Origin: Candidatus Thorarchaeota archaeon
GTDB taxonomy: Archaea; Asgardarchaeota; Thorarchaeia; Thorarchaeales; Thorarchaeaceae
Length of the DNA stretch: 64,000 bases
Assembly: GCA_048884965.1 (NCBI GenBank)
Contig: JBHLQH010000017.1
Span: 7,258 to 71,257 of the forward strand
Reading direction: 5' to 3'
Positions 41,422 to 51,166 of the stretch are shown in pieces. Numbering within the stretch: position 1 is the stretch's first letter; each line of letters opens with the position of its first letter. Made by a program: the position numbers and the translations under genes. The notes beneath the pieces were generated by a model that made no database searches, had not been told where the DNA came from, and saw nothing but the letters and a program-made list of their open reading frames with translations.

Positions 41422-41796
41422 ATGATAACAGGAATAGATGTTGTATATCTTCATGTCAAAAGCCCAACAAAGATGGCAGAATGGTATCGAGGAGTCTTGG
41501 GCGTCGAGATGGGCTTTCAAACTGAGGATTTGCATTGGCAGGAATTGGGCCTACCGTCTAAGGGAACAATAACCAGATTCGGACTTGATTGGGTCGGAGA
41601 TGACCTGTCAAGTGTAGAATCACAGCATATTATGATATCATTTGGAGTGGACGACATCTATCAATTGGTCGATATGCTAGAAAAGAAAGGTATCGAATTC
41701 TATGGCACTCCAAAAATCCATGATGTAGGACCCACGTTAGTTGCCACAACCCAGGATCCAGAAGGGAACTGGATTCAATTCTCTCAGAGAAAATAG
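41422..41796 (+). CDS. VOC/glyoxalase family protein
   Basis: WYRGVLG, ISFGVDD, DPEGNWIQ. Confidence 0.92.
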   Translation: MITGIDVVYLHVKSPTKMAEWYRGVLGVEMGFQTEDLHWQELGLPSKGTITRFGLDWVGDDLSSVESQHIMISFGVDDIYQLVDMLEKKGIEFYGTPKIHDVGPTLVATTQDPEGNWIQFSQRK

Positions 41797-41850
41797 AATG
41801 GAAGGGAGCATGCCAAGAAGCGGCAAGTCCCAACATATATCTCGAATATA

Positions 41851-42231
41851 CTATATCTTGAGGTCTGTTTCACTTTTCCAGAGACCGTGGATATTACAAT
41901 ATGATGTCGCCATCAAAGTTCCAGATTTCTCTGTCTTGAACGCAAAAATGGCATATGGTTCGGAGCACATCTTGCTTGTGTCTGCTCCCTGTGCTGATTC
42001 ACCATGATGATCGAAAGTACAATATCCTACTTCCACTGGGAATTTCTCTCCTTCTGGCCAGAAGAATAGATCTGCCCACTTTATGTGATGTGCTGTGGTA
42101 TTTGGATGCGGTATCTCTTTTCCCACCGATACATGGATATGAAACAACCCTGCACCTTTCTTCTCAATCTCGATTGCTGGAACATGCTTCTCATTCTTCC
42201 AGTCAGCTGTCTGAATCCAACTTTTTGACAT
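41851..42231 (-). CDS. sor: Superoxide reductase (neelaredoxin-like)
   Basis: EKHVP, HPNTTAHHI, CNIHGLW; start moved to ATG 42231. Confidence 0.93.
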   Translation of the reverse strand: MSKSWIQTADWKNEKHVPAIEIEKKGAGLFHIHVSVGKEIPHPNTTAHHIKWADLFFWPEGEKFPVEVGYCTFDHHGESAQGADTSKMCSEPYAIFAFKTEKSGTLMATSYCNIHGLWKSETDLKI

Positions 42232-42374
42232 TCTCTCAAATCCTTCTTGTTCTCTAGACAGGATTTTCTGCCTATGCTTAGCAATTTGCATTCCAAAGTT
42301 AAAACACCTTCGAAATACCAAACATCAATATTATATGCGAATGAATTTTGGGCACCATGACGGGTTAGCAGCGT

Positions 42375-42968
42375 TTGGTGATAGATTTGGAGGAAAATTC
42401 TGACGACACAGTCGTATTCGATAGTACCGCTGATACGGGTAAGATGAGCACAGCCTTATACATCGCGTTATTAGCAATCTTTTGTGCATTGACCACTGTG
42501 GCAACCATCATGTTCATTATCCCAATACCTTCGACCTTTGGGTATTTCAATTTGGGTGATGCTTTGGTCATGCTATCAGGTATCCTCCTTGGTCCGGTTG
42601 GAGGTTTCATAGCTGGTGGTATTGGATCCGCGATGGGTGATGTAGCCCTTGGCTATTTCGCATTTGCTCCTTTTACCTTCCTCATTAAGGGAGGTGAAGG
42701 CCTGATAGTCGGGATGATAGGTCGCTATTCAAATGGCTCTCAGATACCCCGTCCATGGGACCTTCTGGCAGTCATCCTTGGTGCCATTGTGATGCTATCG
42801 GGATATTATATCGCTGAAGTTGTATTCCTTGGAATCTCTCCAATGGCAGCTCTTCTTGAATTGGTAGCATTCAACTCGATACAGGTCATCGCGGGAGGAA
42901 TCATATCAATCACAATAGGTCCTATGCTCCGTGGATTCCTTCAAAGCTACACCAAGGGAATTATGTGA
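42375..42968 (+). CDS. ECF transporter S component
   Basis: IPIP...GYFNLGD, GG..AGGIGSAMGD, TFLIKG.EG. Confidence 0.9.
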   Translation: MVIDLEENSDDTVVFDSTADTGKMSTALYIALLAIFCALTTVATIMFIIPIPSTFGYFNLGDALVMLSGILLGPVGGFIAGGIGSAMGDVALGYFAFAPFTFLIKGGEGLIVGMIGRYSNGSQIPRPWDLLAVILGAIVMLSGYYIAEVVFLGISPMAALLELVAFNSIQVIAGGIISITIGPMLRGFLQSYTKGIM

Positions 42969-43084
42969 TACTTCCTATGAATCAGAAATCACCATCCCCC
43001 TCTGTCAGAATCCCTTTTTAGGGAGCTGGATTTGGAAAGGTCAATGCTTTCCCGAGAATATGGGATCTATTGGGAGTTACAAAA

Positions 43085-44365
43085 ATGACTGAGCGAAACA
43101 AACTCAGAATCGATGCGAAGCGATTGAATGAAATCAATGATTTCTTTATGAAAGCGGACAATCCCTTAGTCACAGGTCTCTTTGATCTGATTGACAAGTA
43201 TGGTGGTGTCGATGAGATAAACCGTCGAGCCAACGAGGCCAGGAAATTGGAGAATCTCTTAGGTCAGTTGGAGCGGAAGAACTCTACCTATGTCAAGGAT
43301 TTAGAATGGTTGCAGGAGCAACGAGACAATGCCGCATTCATTAGTGTGGCTGACTACAGACGGAATATCCTGGGAGATAAAGCTGATACAATGACATTTG
43401 ATGAGTCATTTGCCGTAACTCTTGAGATCAGTGCGTGCCAGTACTTCCCTTGGCTAATCGAGGAAGCGAAACTGGCTATTGACAAGCAGGAGCTAATGCC
43501 TGGTCGATTCATCCGTGTCAGAAATATGAAGGAACAATCGGCTGACGATGATGTAATCGCCTTTGCGGCAGGCATGCAAATACTCGGTTCATCATATGTG
43601 GAAACTCTTGATACAAAGGGGACCTATCCAAATGAAGAGGGTCTTCCCACAAATGTTCATCTTGGTGGCCCAGCAACAATTACAGGTTATTTTGGTGGTG
43701 TTGGTATGCCAAATGACTTTCCATTGAAGTGGGCTAATGAATACCTGCACTATTACACTACCTATGGTGTCAAGCAAGTACTGAATATCAATCCAGGAAG
43801 TGTTCTACTTGGCTATATGATGCATAAACTTGGTATTGATATGGAATTCAAAATCTCTGTATTCATGGGGAATGATAATCCATATGCGTGTCTATGGACG
43901 CTTCTTACTGCAAAACTCTTCAGTCGAGATGATGGAACTTCACCACTTATAGGATTCAATCTCTCGAATAGCGTCGATAACGCTACAATAGAGCTTGCAG
44001 CATATGTTAGAGAGGACTTTGGTTTTGAGGATGTTGTACGAATAGAACACCATATCACAGAGACCTACAAGAGTATCGTTAGGCAACCGTATGATCGCAC
44101 AATGGAGCTCGTTGAGCTTGCGAACCATGTACGCAATATTAGCGCGAAACATGAAGGTGGTATCCCCGAGATCGATCAAACCCGTGAGCATCCTAGTGAT
44201 ATCTTGGACTATTTCAGAGCCAAGTCCGAAGTTGAAGAGAGTGGCGATATGCCTCATCTACTCCAAAACTATCTTGACAAACATCATGCATTGAATAGGA
44301 CTGCAGAAGAGCTTACCAAGAGAGGACTTGCATTCATTGCAGCGCCTGCTCTTCATAAGAGCTAG
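43085..44365 (+). CDS. Conserved hypothetical protein of unknown function
   Basis: Long ORF with enzyme-like motifs: VTLEISA.QYFPW, ETLDTKG, HLGGPATITGYFGG, EHHITE, SAKHEGG. Confidence 0.85.
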   Translation: MTERNKLRIDAKRLNEINDFFMKADNPLVTGLFDLIDKYGGVDEINRRANEARKLENLLGQLERKNSTYVKDLEWLQEQRDNAAFISVADYRRNILGDKADTMTFDESFAVTLEISACQYFPWLIEEAKLAIDKQELMPGRFIRVRNMKEQSADDDVIAFAAGMQILGSSYVETLDTKGTYPNEEGLPTNVHLGGPATITGYFGGVGMPNDFPLKWANEYLHYYTTYGVKQVLNINPGSVLLGYMMHKLGIDMEFKISVFMGNDNPYACLWTLLTAKLFSRDDGTSPLIGFNLSNSVDNATIELAAYVREDFGFEDVVRIEHHITETYKSIVRQPYDRTMELVELANHVRNISAKHEGGIPEIDQTREHPSDILDYFRAKSEVEESGDMPHLLQNYLDKHHALNRTAEELTKRGLAFIAAPALHKS

Positions 44366-44378
44366 AAGCATTAGAATT

Positions 44379-44405
44379 TAGAGAGAGGCGAATCACCTCT
44401 CTCTA
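44379..44405. terminator. Hairpin between convergent genes
   Basis: TAGAGAGAGG...CCTCTCTCTA 10-bp stem. Confidence 0.6.
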
Positions 44406-44421
44406 TCTCCATTGTATTGTA

Positions 44422-44889
44422 CTAATTATCTGGTTGGAAATGGTCATCATAGAGCTGTTGAAGAATCTCTTTATGTCGTTGTTCTTCCTTTGCCAAGGTT
44501 TCAAAAACCGTTCTGTGATTTGCAACCCCAGTGAGCTCTGAGAGAGCCTTATAGAATGCATTTGCACCCTCTTCTCTCTTTATTGCCACGACAAGGATCT
44601 CTTGAGGAGTTGAATCCGATTTAAGAGGAATGTCCACAAGATACTTGCTCAAACCAGCATCCTCTACTTCTGCGATAGTTGTGCAGGTGAATGTTGTACA
44701 TACATCCGCATCAAGTGCTTGCATCAACTTTTCCTTATGTCCGACTTCCTGTTTGGCGAGTTCCAATAGTAGCTTTCCTGAGGCCTGAAGCGTAGCCTCC
44801 TCAGCGGCTTGATTGTAGAACTCGTAGGCTTCCTCCTCCCGTTGGATTGCCAAGGAAATCAATTGCTCGAATGAATTTTGAACCGACAT
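44422..44889 (-). CDS. Ferritin-like/rubrerythrin di-iron protein
   Basis: AI.REE.A..FY...E..H repeated twice; start moved to ATG 44889. Confidence 0.9.
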   Translation of the reverse strand: MSVQNSFEQLISLAIQREEEAYEFYNQAAEEATLQASGKLLLELAKQEVGHKEKLMQALDADVCTTFTCTTIAEVEDAGLSKYLVDIPLKSDSTPQEILVVAIKREEGANAFYKALSELTGVANHRTVFETLAKEEQRHKEILQQLYDDHFQPDN

Positions 44890-44998
44890 AGCAATTACCG
44901 TGCAAACGCTAGATATTGTTCGATTTAAGGGTGATGATACCTCTTTAGACACTCCCAAAGACTTTTGATATGCACACGTTGGAGATTTTTGACACACG

Positions 44999-45454
44999 AT
45001 GGAGCAAGATAATGGTCGTTTCTTTAATTGTGCTGAGAGCGTTATCATCGCGGCTAACCGTTCAGTCCAATCAAAGCACTATCATTCAGTAGCAGTAAGA
45101 ATAGCTTCTATGTTCGGAGGCGGCATTGTTGGAACTGGCGAAATGTGTGGAGCCGTTACTGGAGCACTCATGTATCTTGGCCTAGTAATGGGGACCGATG
45201 GAACAGAAGAACCTATAGAATTCGATCGACTCCGAAAAGGGACGCGAGAGTTAGGACAGCAGTTCGTCGAGGACTTTGTGGAGAAATGGGGCTCTCGGCG
45301 ATGCTCTGTTCTGATAGCTATGGACAAGGGGCAAGTTCCCCCTATGGGTACAATTAGAGCGGAGAACCCCTCAATCAAGAAACGTTGCAATGACTATGTG
45401 CAGTGGAGCACAGAGCGAATCGCAGCGTTAATGGAATCCGAAGCCCTTCTCTAG
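44999..45454 (+). CDS. C-GCAxxG-C-C family redox protein
   Basis: NCAES, FGGG, CGAVTG, GSRRC, C..YV. Confidence 0.9.
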   Translation: MEQDNGRFFNCAESVIIAANRSVQSKHYHSVAVRIASMFGGGIVGTGEMCGAVTGALMYLGLVMGTDGTEEPIEFDRLRKGTRELGQQFVEDFVEKWGSRRCSVLIAMDKGQVPPMGTIRAENPSIKKRCNDYVQWSTERIAALMESEALL

Positions 45455-46746
45455 AACTTCTTGGGCACAATTTCCTTCATTCCATCTGGTAGATATCGAT
45501 GGAGGGCTTTTGGTATCCTTACACTTCCGTCTTCCTGTTGGAAATTCTCAAGTATGGCAACGATTGCCCTTGGATTTGCCATCATCGTGCTATTCAATGT
45601 ATGTAGATAGTCCTTCTCCGTTCCGCCCTTCTTTAGTCTGTATTTGATATTCAGACGTGTGGCCTGATAGGCCGTGCAGTTGCTACATGAGCCTCTCTCT
45701 CTGTAGGTATCCTGTCCTGGAACCCATGTTTCCAAATCGTACTTCTTTGCGGCGACAATGCCTATGTCCCCTGTGCAAACATTCACGATACGATATGGAA
45801 GTTCAAGTGCCTGAAAGTACTCCTCGATATTTCTATTCAGTTCCTCATGTATCTTCCACGACTCATCCGGATGACTAAACACAAATTGCTCTACCTTGTT
45901 GAACTGATGGACTCGAAAGATACCCTTAGTATCCTTTCCGTGAGATCCTGCTTCTTTTCTGAAACACGTACTTATTCCTGCAAACTTCAGCGGCAGATCA
46001 GTTGGCTCAAAGATTTCATTCGCAAACATAGCAGCAATAGGATGCTCCGAGGTTGCTATAAGATACAGATCCTCATCGTCTATCTTATACATGACATTCT
46101 CAAAGTCTGCTAGGTCAGTTACTCCCTCATATGGCTCTCTCCGCATCATGAATGGCGGGTAGACTGCTGTGAATCCCTTCTTCAAGAGCATGTCAAGAGC
46201 TAACCTTTGCATCGCAAGATCTAGAAAAACAAGCTCGTTCTTTAGGAAATAGAATCGGGCTCCAGCAATCTTGGCTGCACGGGGAATATCTGCGAGGTCG
46301 AGCTTCTCAATAAGATCCACATGACTCTGGATTTGAAAAGGAGGTTCTGGTCTTCCTCCCCATTCCTTCATTACCTCGTTATCCTCTTCCCCTTTTCCGA
46401 AAGGAACTGTTTCGTGCAGGATATTTGGAATGCTCATTTGAATTCTTTTCATTTGTTCCTCTACTTTTCCAGCTTTTTCCTCGGTCTTACTTATACTGTC
46501 ATTAACCTGATTCACTTTCTCGATGATCTCGGAGGCATCTTCTCCACCTTTCTTTAGTTCTCCCACCTGTCTTGAGTACTTATTCCGATCAGTCCTCAAG
46601 TCCTGTATCTTTCTTCTCAGGTTCCTTAGTTTGTTATCGAGATCAAGAAGCCTGTCAAATTCCTCAAGCTTTGCCTGATCACGCCTTCTTTCCAGGTTCT
46701 TACGGATAAGATCAATATTCTCTCGGATAAACCGAATATCAAGCAT
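45451..46746 (-). CDS. serS: Serine--tRNA ligase
   Basis: MLDI, coiled coil, LIATSE, CFRKEAG, RVHQFNKVEQ, SCSNCT, HTLNST. Confidence 0.97.
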   Translation of the reverse strand: MLDIRFIRENIDLIRKNLERRRDQAKLEEFDRLLDLDNKLRNLRRKIQDLRTDRNKYSRQVGELKKGGEDASEIIEKVNQVNDSISKTEEKAGKVEEQMKRIQMSIPNILHETVPFGKGEEDNEVMKEWGGRPEPPFQIQSHVDLIEKLDLADIPRAAKIAGARFYFLKNELVFLDLAMQRLALDMLLKKGFTAVYPPFMMRREPYEGVTDLADFENVMYKIDDEDLYLIATSEHPIAAMFANEIFEPTDLPLKFAGISTCFRKEAGSHGKDTKGIFRVHQFNKVEQFVFSHPDESWKIHEELNRNIEEYFQALELPYRIVNVCTGDIGIVAAKKYDLETWVPGQDTYRERGSCSNCTAYQATRLNIKYRLKKGGTEKDYLHTLNSTMMANPRAIVAILENFQQEDGSVRIPKALHRYLPDGMKEIVPKKF

Positions 46747-46815
46747 TGAGATCACCTTTGATTGCTTTTGGAAGGAAAGATGCTTTCCTTTTCAAGGCAT
46801 TGGCATATCATCCGC

Positions 46816-47454
46816 TTACAGCTCTGATGATGGACATACATCATTCAAGGCGCACTCCGAACACTTTGGCTTCCTTGAAGGGCATATTCTTCTGCCATGC
46901 GCTCCTGCATACCTCGCATAGTTTGCCCATTCTTTTTGAGGGAAAAGCTCCATTAGATCTTGCTCGACCTTGTCTGGCTTTTCCTCCTTCGTTAGTCCTA
47001 GTCTTTTACTAACACGTCCAATATGCGTATCTACCACAACGCCTTCATTGATAGCAAATGCGACTTGAAGGACCACATTAGCAGTCTTTCTGCTCACTCC
47101 CTTCAGTTTCACAAGGTCCTCAAGATTCCTTGGCACCTCACCACTAAACTTGTCGACCAGCATTTGTGCTGTATCCTTCAGAAATACCGACTTGTTGTTG
47201 TACGCGCCAACACCATGAATCAGAGTCCTTATGTCATCAAGATCGGCCTTTGCAAGCTTTGCAGGAGTTGGATATCTTTTGAACAACTCTGGTGTGATCT
47301 TATTGACAAAAGCATCAGTAGTACGAGCTGAAAGAATTGTTGCCACCAGCATCTCAAAGGGATTTCTATGGTTCAGATAGGTCACTGGAGCATCTGCATG
47401 AAGTTTCTTCAAGATGCTGAGAATTCGCGTTGCGTTTTTTTGGGTATCTTCCAT
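46816..47454 (-). CDS. nth: Endonuclease III
   Basis: LVATILSA, HhH L.GVSRKTANVV, VDTH, CxxxxxxCxxCxxxxxC. Confidence 0.95.
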   Translation of the reverse strand: MEDTQKNATRILSILKKLHADAPVTYLNHRNPFEMLVATILSARTTDAFVNKITPELFKRYPTPAKLAKADLDDIRTLIHGVGAYNNKSVFLKDTAQMLVDKFSGEVPRNLEDLVKLKGVSRKTANVVLQVAFAINEGVVVDTHIGRVSKRLGLTKEEKPDKVEQDLMELFPQKEWANYARYAGAHGRRICPSRKPKCSECALNDVCPSSEL

Positions 47455-47515
47455 GAAACTAAACTCCCACTAATTTCAATCTAGCAATCGAATTTAATAC
47501 CAGCGATTTTCGATG

Positions 47516-48874
47516 CTATTCCAGTATCTCCATTGCCTCAGAATCCTTTGGACCATTTCCAAAGGGTCCTTTTCCAATAGCAATCAAGATTATGAGATTC
47601 AGTAGGATGATTGTGAGGAAGAGAATTGGCGGAGTCATAAAAGTGTAGATGAGGCTTGCAATGATGGGTCCAATCGAAGATAGCACATACACAGTGACCC
47701 AGAAAATCGAGAGTATCTTTGATGTATCCGTCTTTGGCAGTCGCTTTCTAATCAAGATAATGATCAGAGTCCACCATAATGAATCGTTCACATATTTCAT
47801 AACAATCCCTATGAACGGAGTCGAAAAGATGATTCCTAACCCTGGAAGGACACTGTCCACGGATGACACCACTGAAGACGGTACAATATATGGAACTATT
47901 GGAGCGATTAAGAGGAAAGCTGCACTTACGGGCATGATGCTGTACACGACTACTGCTGCTCTCTTGACTCCTTTCCTATCACTGACCCGCCCTATTTTCA
48001 GCAGTAAGGGGAATGATATCGCCAATTGAGCCAGTAGGATTAGATTGATGCCTGCGATATCAACTGATAGCTCTTCATATGTATAGATGAGTGCTGCGAA
48101 ACCAAAGAACGAGTCACTCAGGGTATCAAGGATTACAATGAATATGAGCCCGGGGATCGCCACAAGTAGAAGCTTGGCTGCCCGGATGTTTTCAGACATA
48201 AACTCTGAGAGGATGGGCTTGTCCGAGCTCTTGTACTCGCGCTTAGGAGATTCTAACAAGACTGCTCGAATTGCTGAAGCAAGAATTAGACTGAGTCCGG
48301 TGATGAAATACATGAATCTGAATGCTACTGGAAATCCAAGAATTGGTTCAAGAAAGCCAAAGACAAGTAGTCCGGCGACACTGAACACCCTACCTGCTGT
48401 GAATAATGAAAGTGCAAATCCACTATGGTCTCTTGGTACATTTTCCATTATGTAGGAAGAAGACCCACTTCTAAATAGATCATGGACCGAGTATATCATT
48501 AATCCAATGAAAATCAGCCAGAAATCCACGAAAATACCCACATAGACGTAATATATTCCGAGGATAAGGTACGCTGCAACTGCAACACCTTTTCTATTTG
48601 CGATATCTCCTACATAACCTCCAATGAGTCTTGCTATACTACTAAAGGCATTGACAATGGATAGGACCAAACCGATAGTGATCAAGCTCCATCCCATCAC
48701 TTTGAGATAGAGATTGAGATATGATCCAAGGTGATTGTAGCAATTAAACATCCAGCCTGTGATAAGAAAGACCACATAATTCCTGTTGGAGAAAATTGAA
48801 TTCAACGAGCTTCGAACACCTTGGTCAACGGCTTCCTCCACAATAAGCAAGGGATTATCCTGAATATCTGACAT
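47516..48874 (-). CDS. MFS transporter
   Basis: About 12 TM; GGYVGDIANRK, GRVSDRKGVKR. Confidence 0.85.
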   Translation of the reverse strand: MSDIQDNPLLIVEEAVDQGVRSSLNSIFSNRNYVVFLITGWMFNCYNHLGSYLNLYLKVMGWSLITIGLVLSIVNAFSSIARLIGGYVGDIANRKGVAVAAYLILGIYYVYVGIFVDFWLIFIGLMIYSVHDLFRSGSSSYIMENVPRDHSGFALSLFTAGRVFSVAGLLVFGFLEPILGFPVAFRFMYFITGLSLILASAIRAVLLESPKREYKSSDKPILSEFMSENIRAAKLLLVAIPGLIFIVILDTLSDSFFGFAALIYTYEELSVDIAGINLILLAQLAISFPLLLKIGRVSDRKGVKRAAVVVYSIMPVSAAFLLIAPIVPYIVPSSVVSSVDSVLPGLGIIFSTPFIGIVMKYVNDSLWWTLIIILIRKRLPKTDTSKILSIFWVTVYVLSSIGPIIASLIYTFMTPPILFLTIILLNLIILIAIGKGPFGNGPKDSEAMEILE

Positions 48875-49051
48875 AGCTGTCTCCTGAGTTGCTCGATGTT
48901 TGTTGTTTTCTTCAGATAATGCCGTTTCTTGGAGGAGTTCTGTCAATCCATCACCCTGTAGTGCCTATATGGGATCTAGAAGCTAGCATCCTATAATAGC
49001 ACGTAAGAGATTCGGTATATAGACTCCTTTCTAAACTGGTGACGCTGGTAC

Positions 49052-49074
49052 TCTCGGGAGATGAAGTCCCGAGA
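49052..49074 (-). terminator. Hairpin downstream of the 83-aa gene
   Basis: TCTCGGGA...TCCCGAGA. Confidence 0.55.
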
Positions 49075-49105
49075 TACACACGCCATAATTCCTATTCTGG
49101 TCTTC

Positions 49106-49357
49106 TCAAACGTCAAATACCAACACACTGACATCACCATCTGAAGTTGGCATGGCGATCAATCGATGTGTGCAAATATCCGCAGATAGAACGATGCACT
49201 CAGGTGGTGTTGATGATCCTATCAAGTTCCGGACTGCTAGTTCCAAATTCAATGCAACCAGTCTGACTGTTTCCGGATCGTTGTATGGATCAACCTCTCG
49301 TCCTACTTCTGGACCTATGACGTTTGCGAATGTTGTTTCTAGTCCACTTCGTATCAT
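49106..49357 (-). CDS. 83-aa protein, possibly truncated Roadblock/LC7-like fold
   Basis: GGAGGT SD; helix DPETVRLVALNLELAVRNL followed by three strand-like segments. Confidence 0.7.
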   Translation of the reverse strand: MIRSGLETTFANVIGPEVGREVDPYNDPETVRLVALNLELAVRNLIGSSTPPECIVLSADICTHRLIAMPTSDGDVSVLVFDV

Positions 49358-49402
49358 TTTTCGTTGTTACCTCCTTTGCGGTTTTCAACCGCGGGATTAT
49401 TC

Positions 49403-49444
49403 TTAGAATGGTTCGTCTGATGGGTTTGCTGCGCCAGGGTTCAT
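49403..49444 (-). CDS. Micro-peptide MNPGAANPSDEPF (13 aa)
   Basis: AAGGAGGA SD just upstream of the ATG; C-terminal EPF shared with the neighbouring peptide. Confidence 0.5.
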   Translation of the reverse strand: MNPGAANPSDEPF

Positions 49445-49569
49445 TTTCTCTCTCCTCCTTTGAATTGAATCAAAGTTGATATGTCCTGCACCAAACCACC
49501 ATATTCTAAGAGGTGCTCCTGCAGCTATGGCCACTAGAAAGTCCTCTCATCTGCTCAGAACTAGAATAA

Positions 49570-49680
49570 CTAGAACGGCTCTGGACTTTCACAGGGTGGT
49601 TGTACTACAGACGAGAGACCATTTGATAACAATTCAAGAGAAACATGATTCTTAGTCATACTCTCTGCGATTGCTCTCAT
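49570..49680 (-). CDS. Micro-peptide MRAIAESMTKNHVSLELLSNGLSSVVQPPCESPEPF (36 aa, up to 44 aa from GTG 49704)
   Basis: GGAGGTGA upstream; ends in EPF. Confidence 0.45.
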   Translation of the reverse strand: MRAIAESMTKNHVSLELLSNGLSSVVQPPCESPEPF

Positions 49681-49806
49681 CCAATCTTTGTTAATCCCTT
49701 TCACCTCCGATATGGTTATTTGATATCTTTAAGATGGTGACACGGGTTCAGTTTTGACTGGATGATAGAATATCATCTATTTGTCAGAGTATTCTTAGTC
49801 ATACTC
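49648..49806. repeat. Exact 16-nt direct repeat ATTCTTAGTCATACTC (49648-49663, 49791-49806)
   Basis: Reads gagtATGACTAAGAAT (M-T-K-N) on the minus strand in both copies. Confidence 0.85.
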
Positions 49807-50025
49807 CTTTTTGAATCCTGTGACCAATCTCTATAGTAGAGTTTTCATTCGCCCCCATAATAATACGAACTGTTTTGGAAAAGCATCTTAAAAATGGCTT
49901 AAAATGAGAATCTAGACCATTTCTCAATACTATTTTTTGTATAGAGAACTCACTATTCCAAAGCAAGACATTTGATAGAAATATGGCTTAACTTTCGGAC
50001 AACTATATTAGCATAGAAATACTAT

Positions 50026-51111
50026 TTGAACTGGGGATGTTCCGTGGTAAATATTGGCTCAGGGATCGTTCGAATTCTCAATAGGTTGGCAATTGAACCT
50101 TCAGCAACTCAAGCACAGCTAGCGAAATATCTGTCCGTTTCACGATCCGCGATAAATCAACATTGGAATAACATGGAGTCCCAACATCACTTGCGAGTCC
50201 GGAGCAACTTGGATTATGGAGCTCTGGGATTTCAGTTTGTATTTGGTTGGTGTGTATCTGGAGATGAGGCGTCACTAGATCAATTTCAGAAGTGGTTGGT
50301 TCGAAATCCCTTTACTACCAGTATTCACAGGTCCTTGATGAGCTCAAGAATGGATTTCAGAGTCTTTTTCCAAGCAATAGTTCCCAATGGAAAGGCAATT
50401 CAAAGCTATCTTCAATCTATTGAACGATTTGAGAAAAGACCCTATTCCCTTAACGCATCATGCTATTCTGCATCAGCACTAGCCAATTATTTGAACTTCG
50501 GGTATTTTGATGGAATCGATTGGAGTTTCGACAGTGGATATAGGTTTGAGGCATCCATAGATGCTGCGAAAAGATATGCTTCGGTACTACCCGAGGTGAA
50601 AGCCATAGCTCAAACAAAGTATTCAGATTTTGATATAATTCCTAGTCTTATCGGGTCAGCTTTAGAGACTGACTATCATCATTCAGCAACCTCACTCATC
50701 GGTCTTTTTGACAAACATCACATTGACGCTCCATCAGAGCGGACTCTTCGTCGCAGATTATATGAGTATAGGAAGTCACTAGCACTAGCACACATCGATT
50801 TGGATAATATCGGCCTAACTAAGACAGTAATTATCACATTGGAAGACTCACAAGATCATGACAACTATAAATTGCTACAAGCTCAGTCAACAACCCTCCC
50901 AAAGGTCAGGGTTCTAACTAGTTCTGATTCTCTAGCATTGATACTTACTATCCCTCAGACCTCAGATTGGTTTCACCTGTCCAGTATCATGTCCAATGTG
51001 CTAGGTCCATCATCAAATATGTGTACATTTATAGCAGAGGAACTACCTTTTAGAAGATGGTTCGAGGATGTAATCAGTTACAGATTAGAACACCTTCGCC
51101 ATCTAGAGTAA
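50026..51111 (+). CDS. Divergent tandem Lrp/AsnC-like regulator
   Basis: TQAQLAKYLSVSRSAI...LDYGALG; second unit SERTLRRRL...LDNIGL. Confidence 0.75.
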   Translation: MNWGCSVVNIGSGIVRILNRLAIEPSATQAQLAKYLSVSRSAINQHWNNMESQHHLRVRSNLDYGALGFQFVFGWCVSGDEASLDQFQKWLVRNPFTTSIHRSLMSSRMDFRVFFQAIVPNGKAIQSYLQSIERFEKRPYSLNASCYSASALANYLNFGYFDGIDWSFDSGYRFEASIDAAKRYASVLPEVKAIAQTKYSDFDIIPSLIGSALETDYHHSATSLIGLFDKHHIDAPSERTLRRRLYEYRKSLALAHIDLDNIGLTKTVIITLEDSQDHDNYKLLQAQSTTLPKVRVLTSSDSLALILTIPQTSDWFHLSSIMSNVLGPSSNMCTFIAEELPFRRWFEDVISYRLEHLRHLE

Positions 51112-51166
51112 GATGAGAATTACCAAGAAAAGATACTATAGTATATATTAAGGGGACCATGCTAAG

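Noticed and set aside
49403-49534. 43-aa GTG-started extension of the MNPGAANPSDEPF peptide
   Set aside because: The frame is open, but the much stronger SD sits directly before ATG 49444; kept only as an alternative start.
49380-49860. CRISPR mini-array or classical RiPP cluster
   Set aside because: Only two 16-nt repeats 143 nt apart and no cas genes; no radical SAM, YcaO, lanthipeptide or ATP-grasp enzyme nearby.
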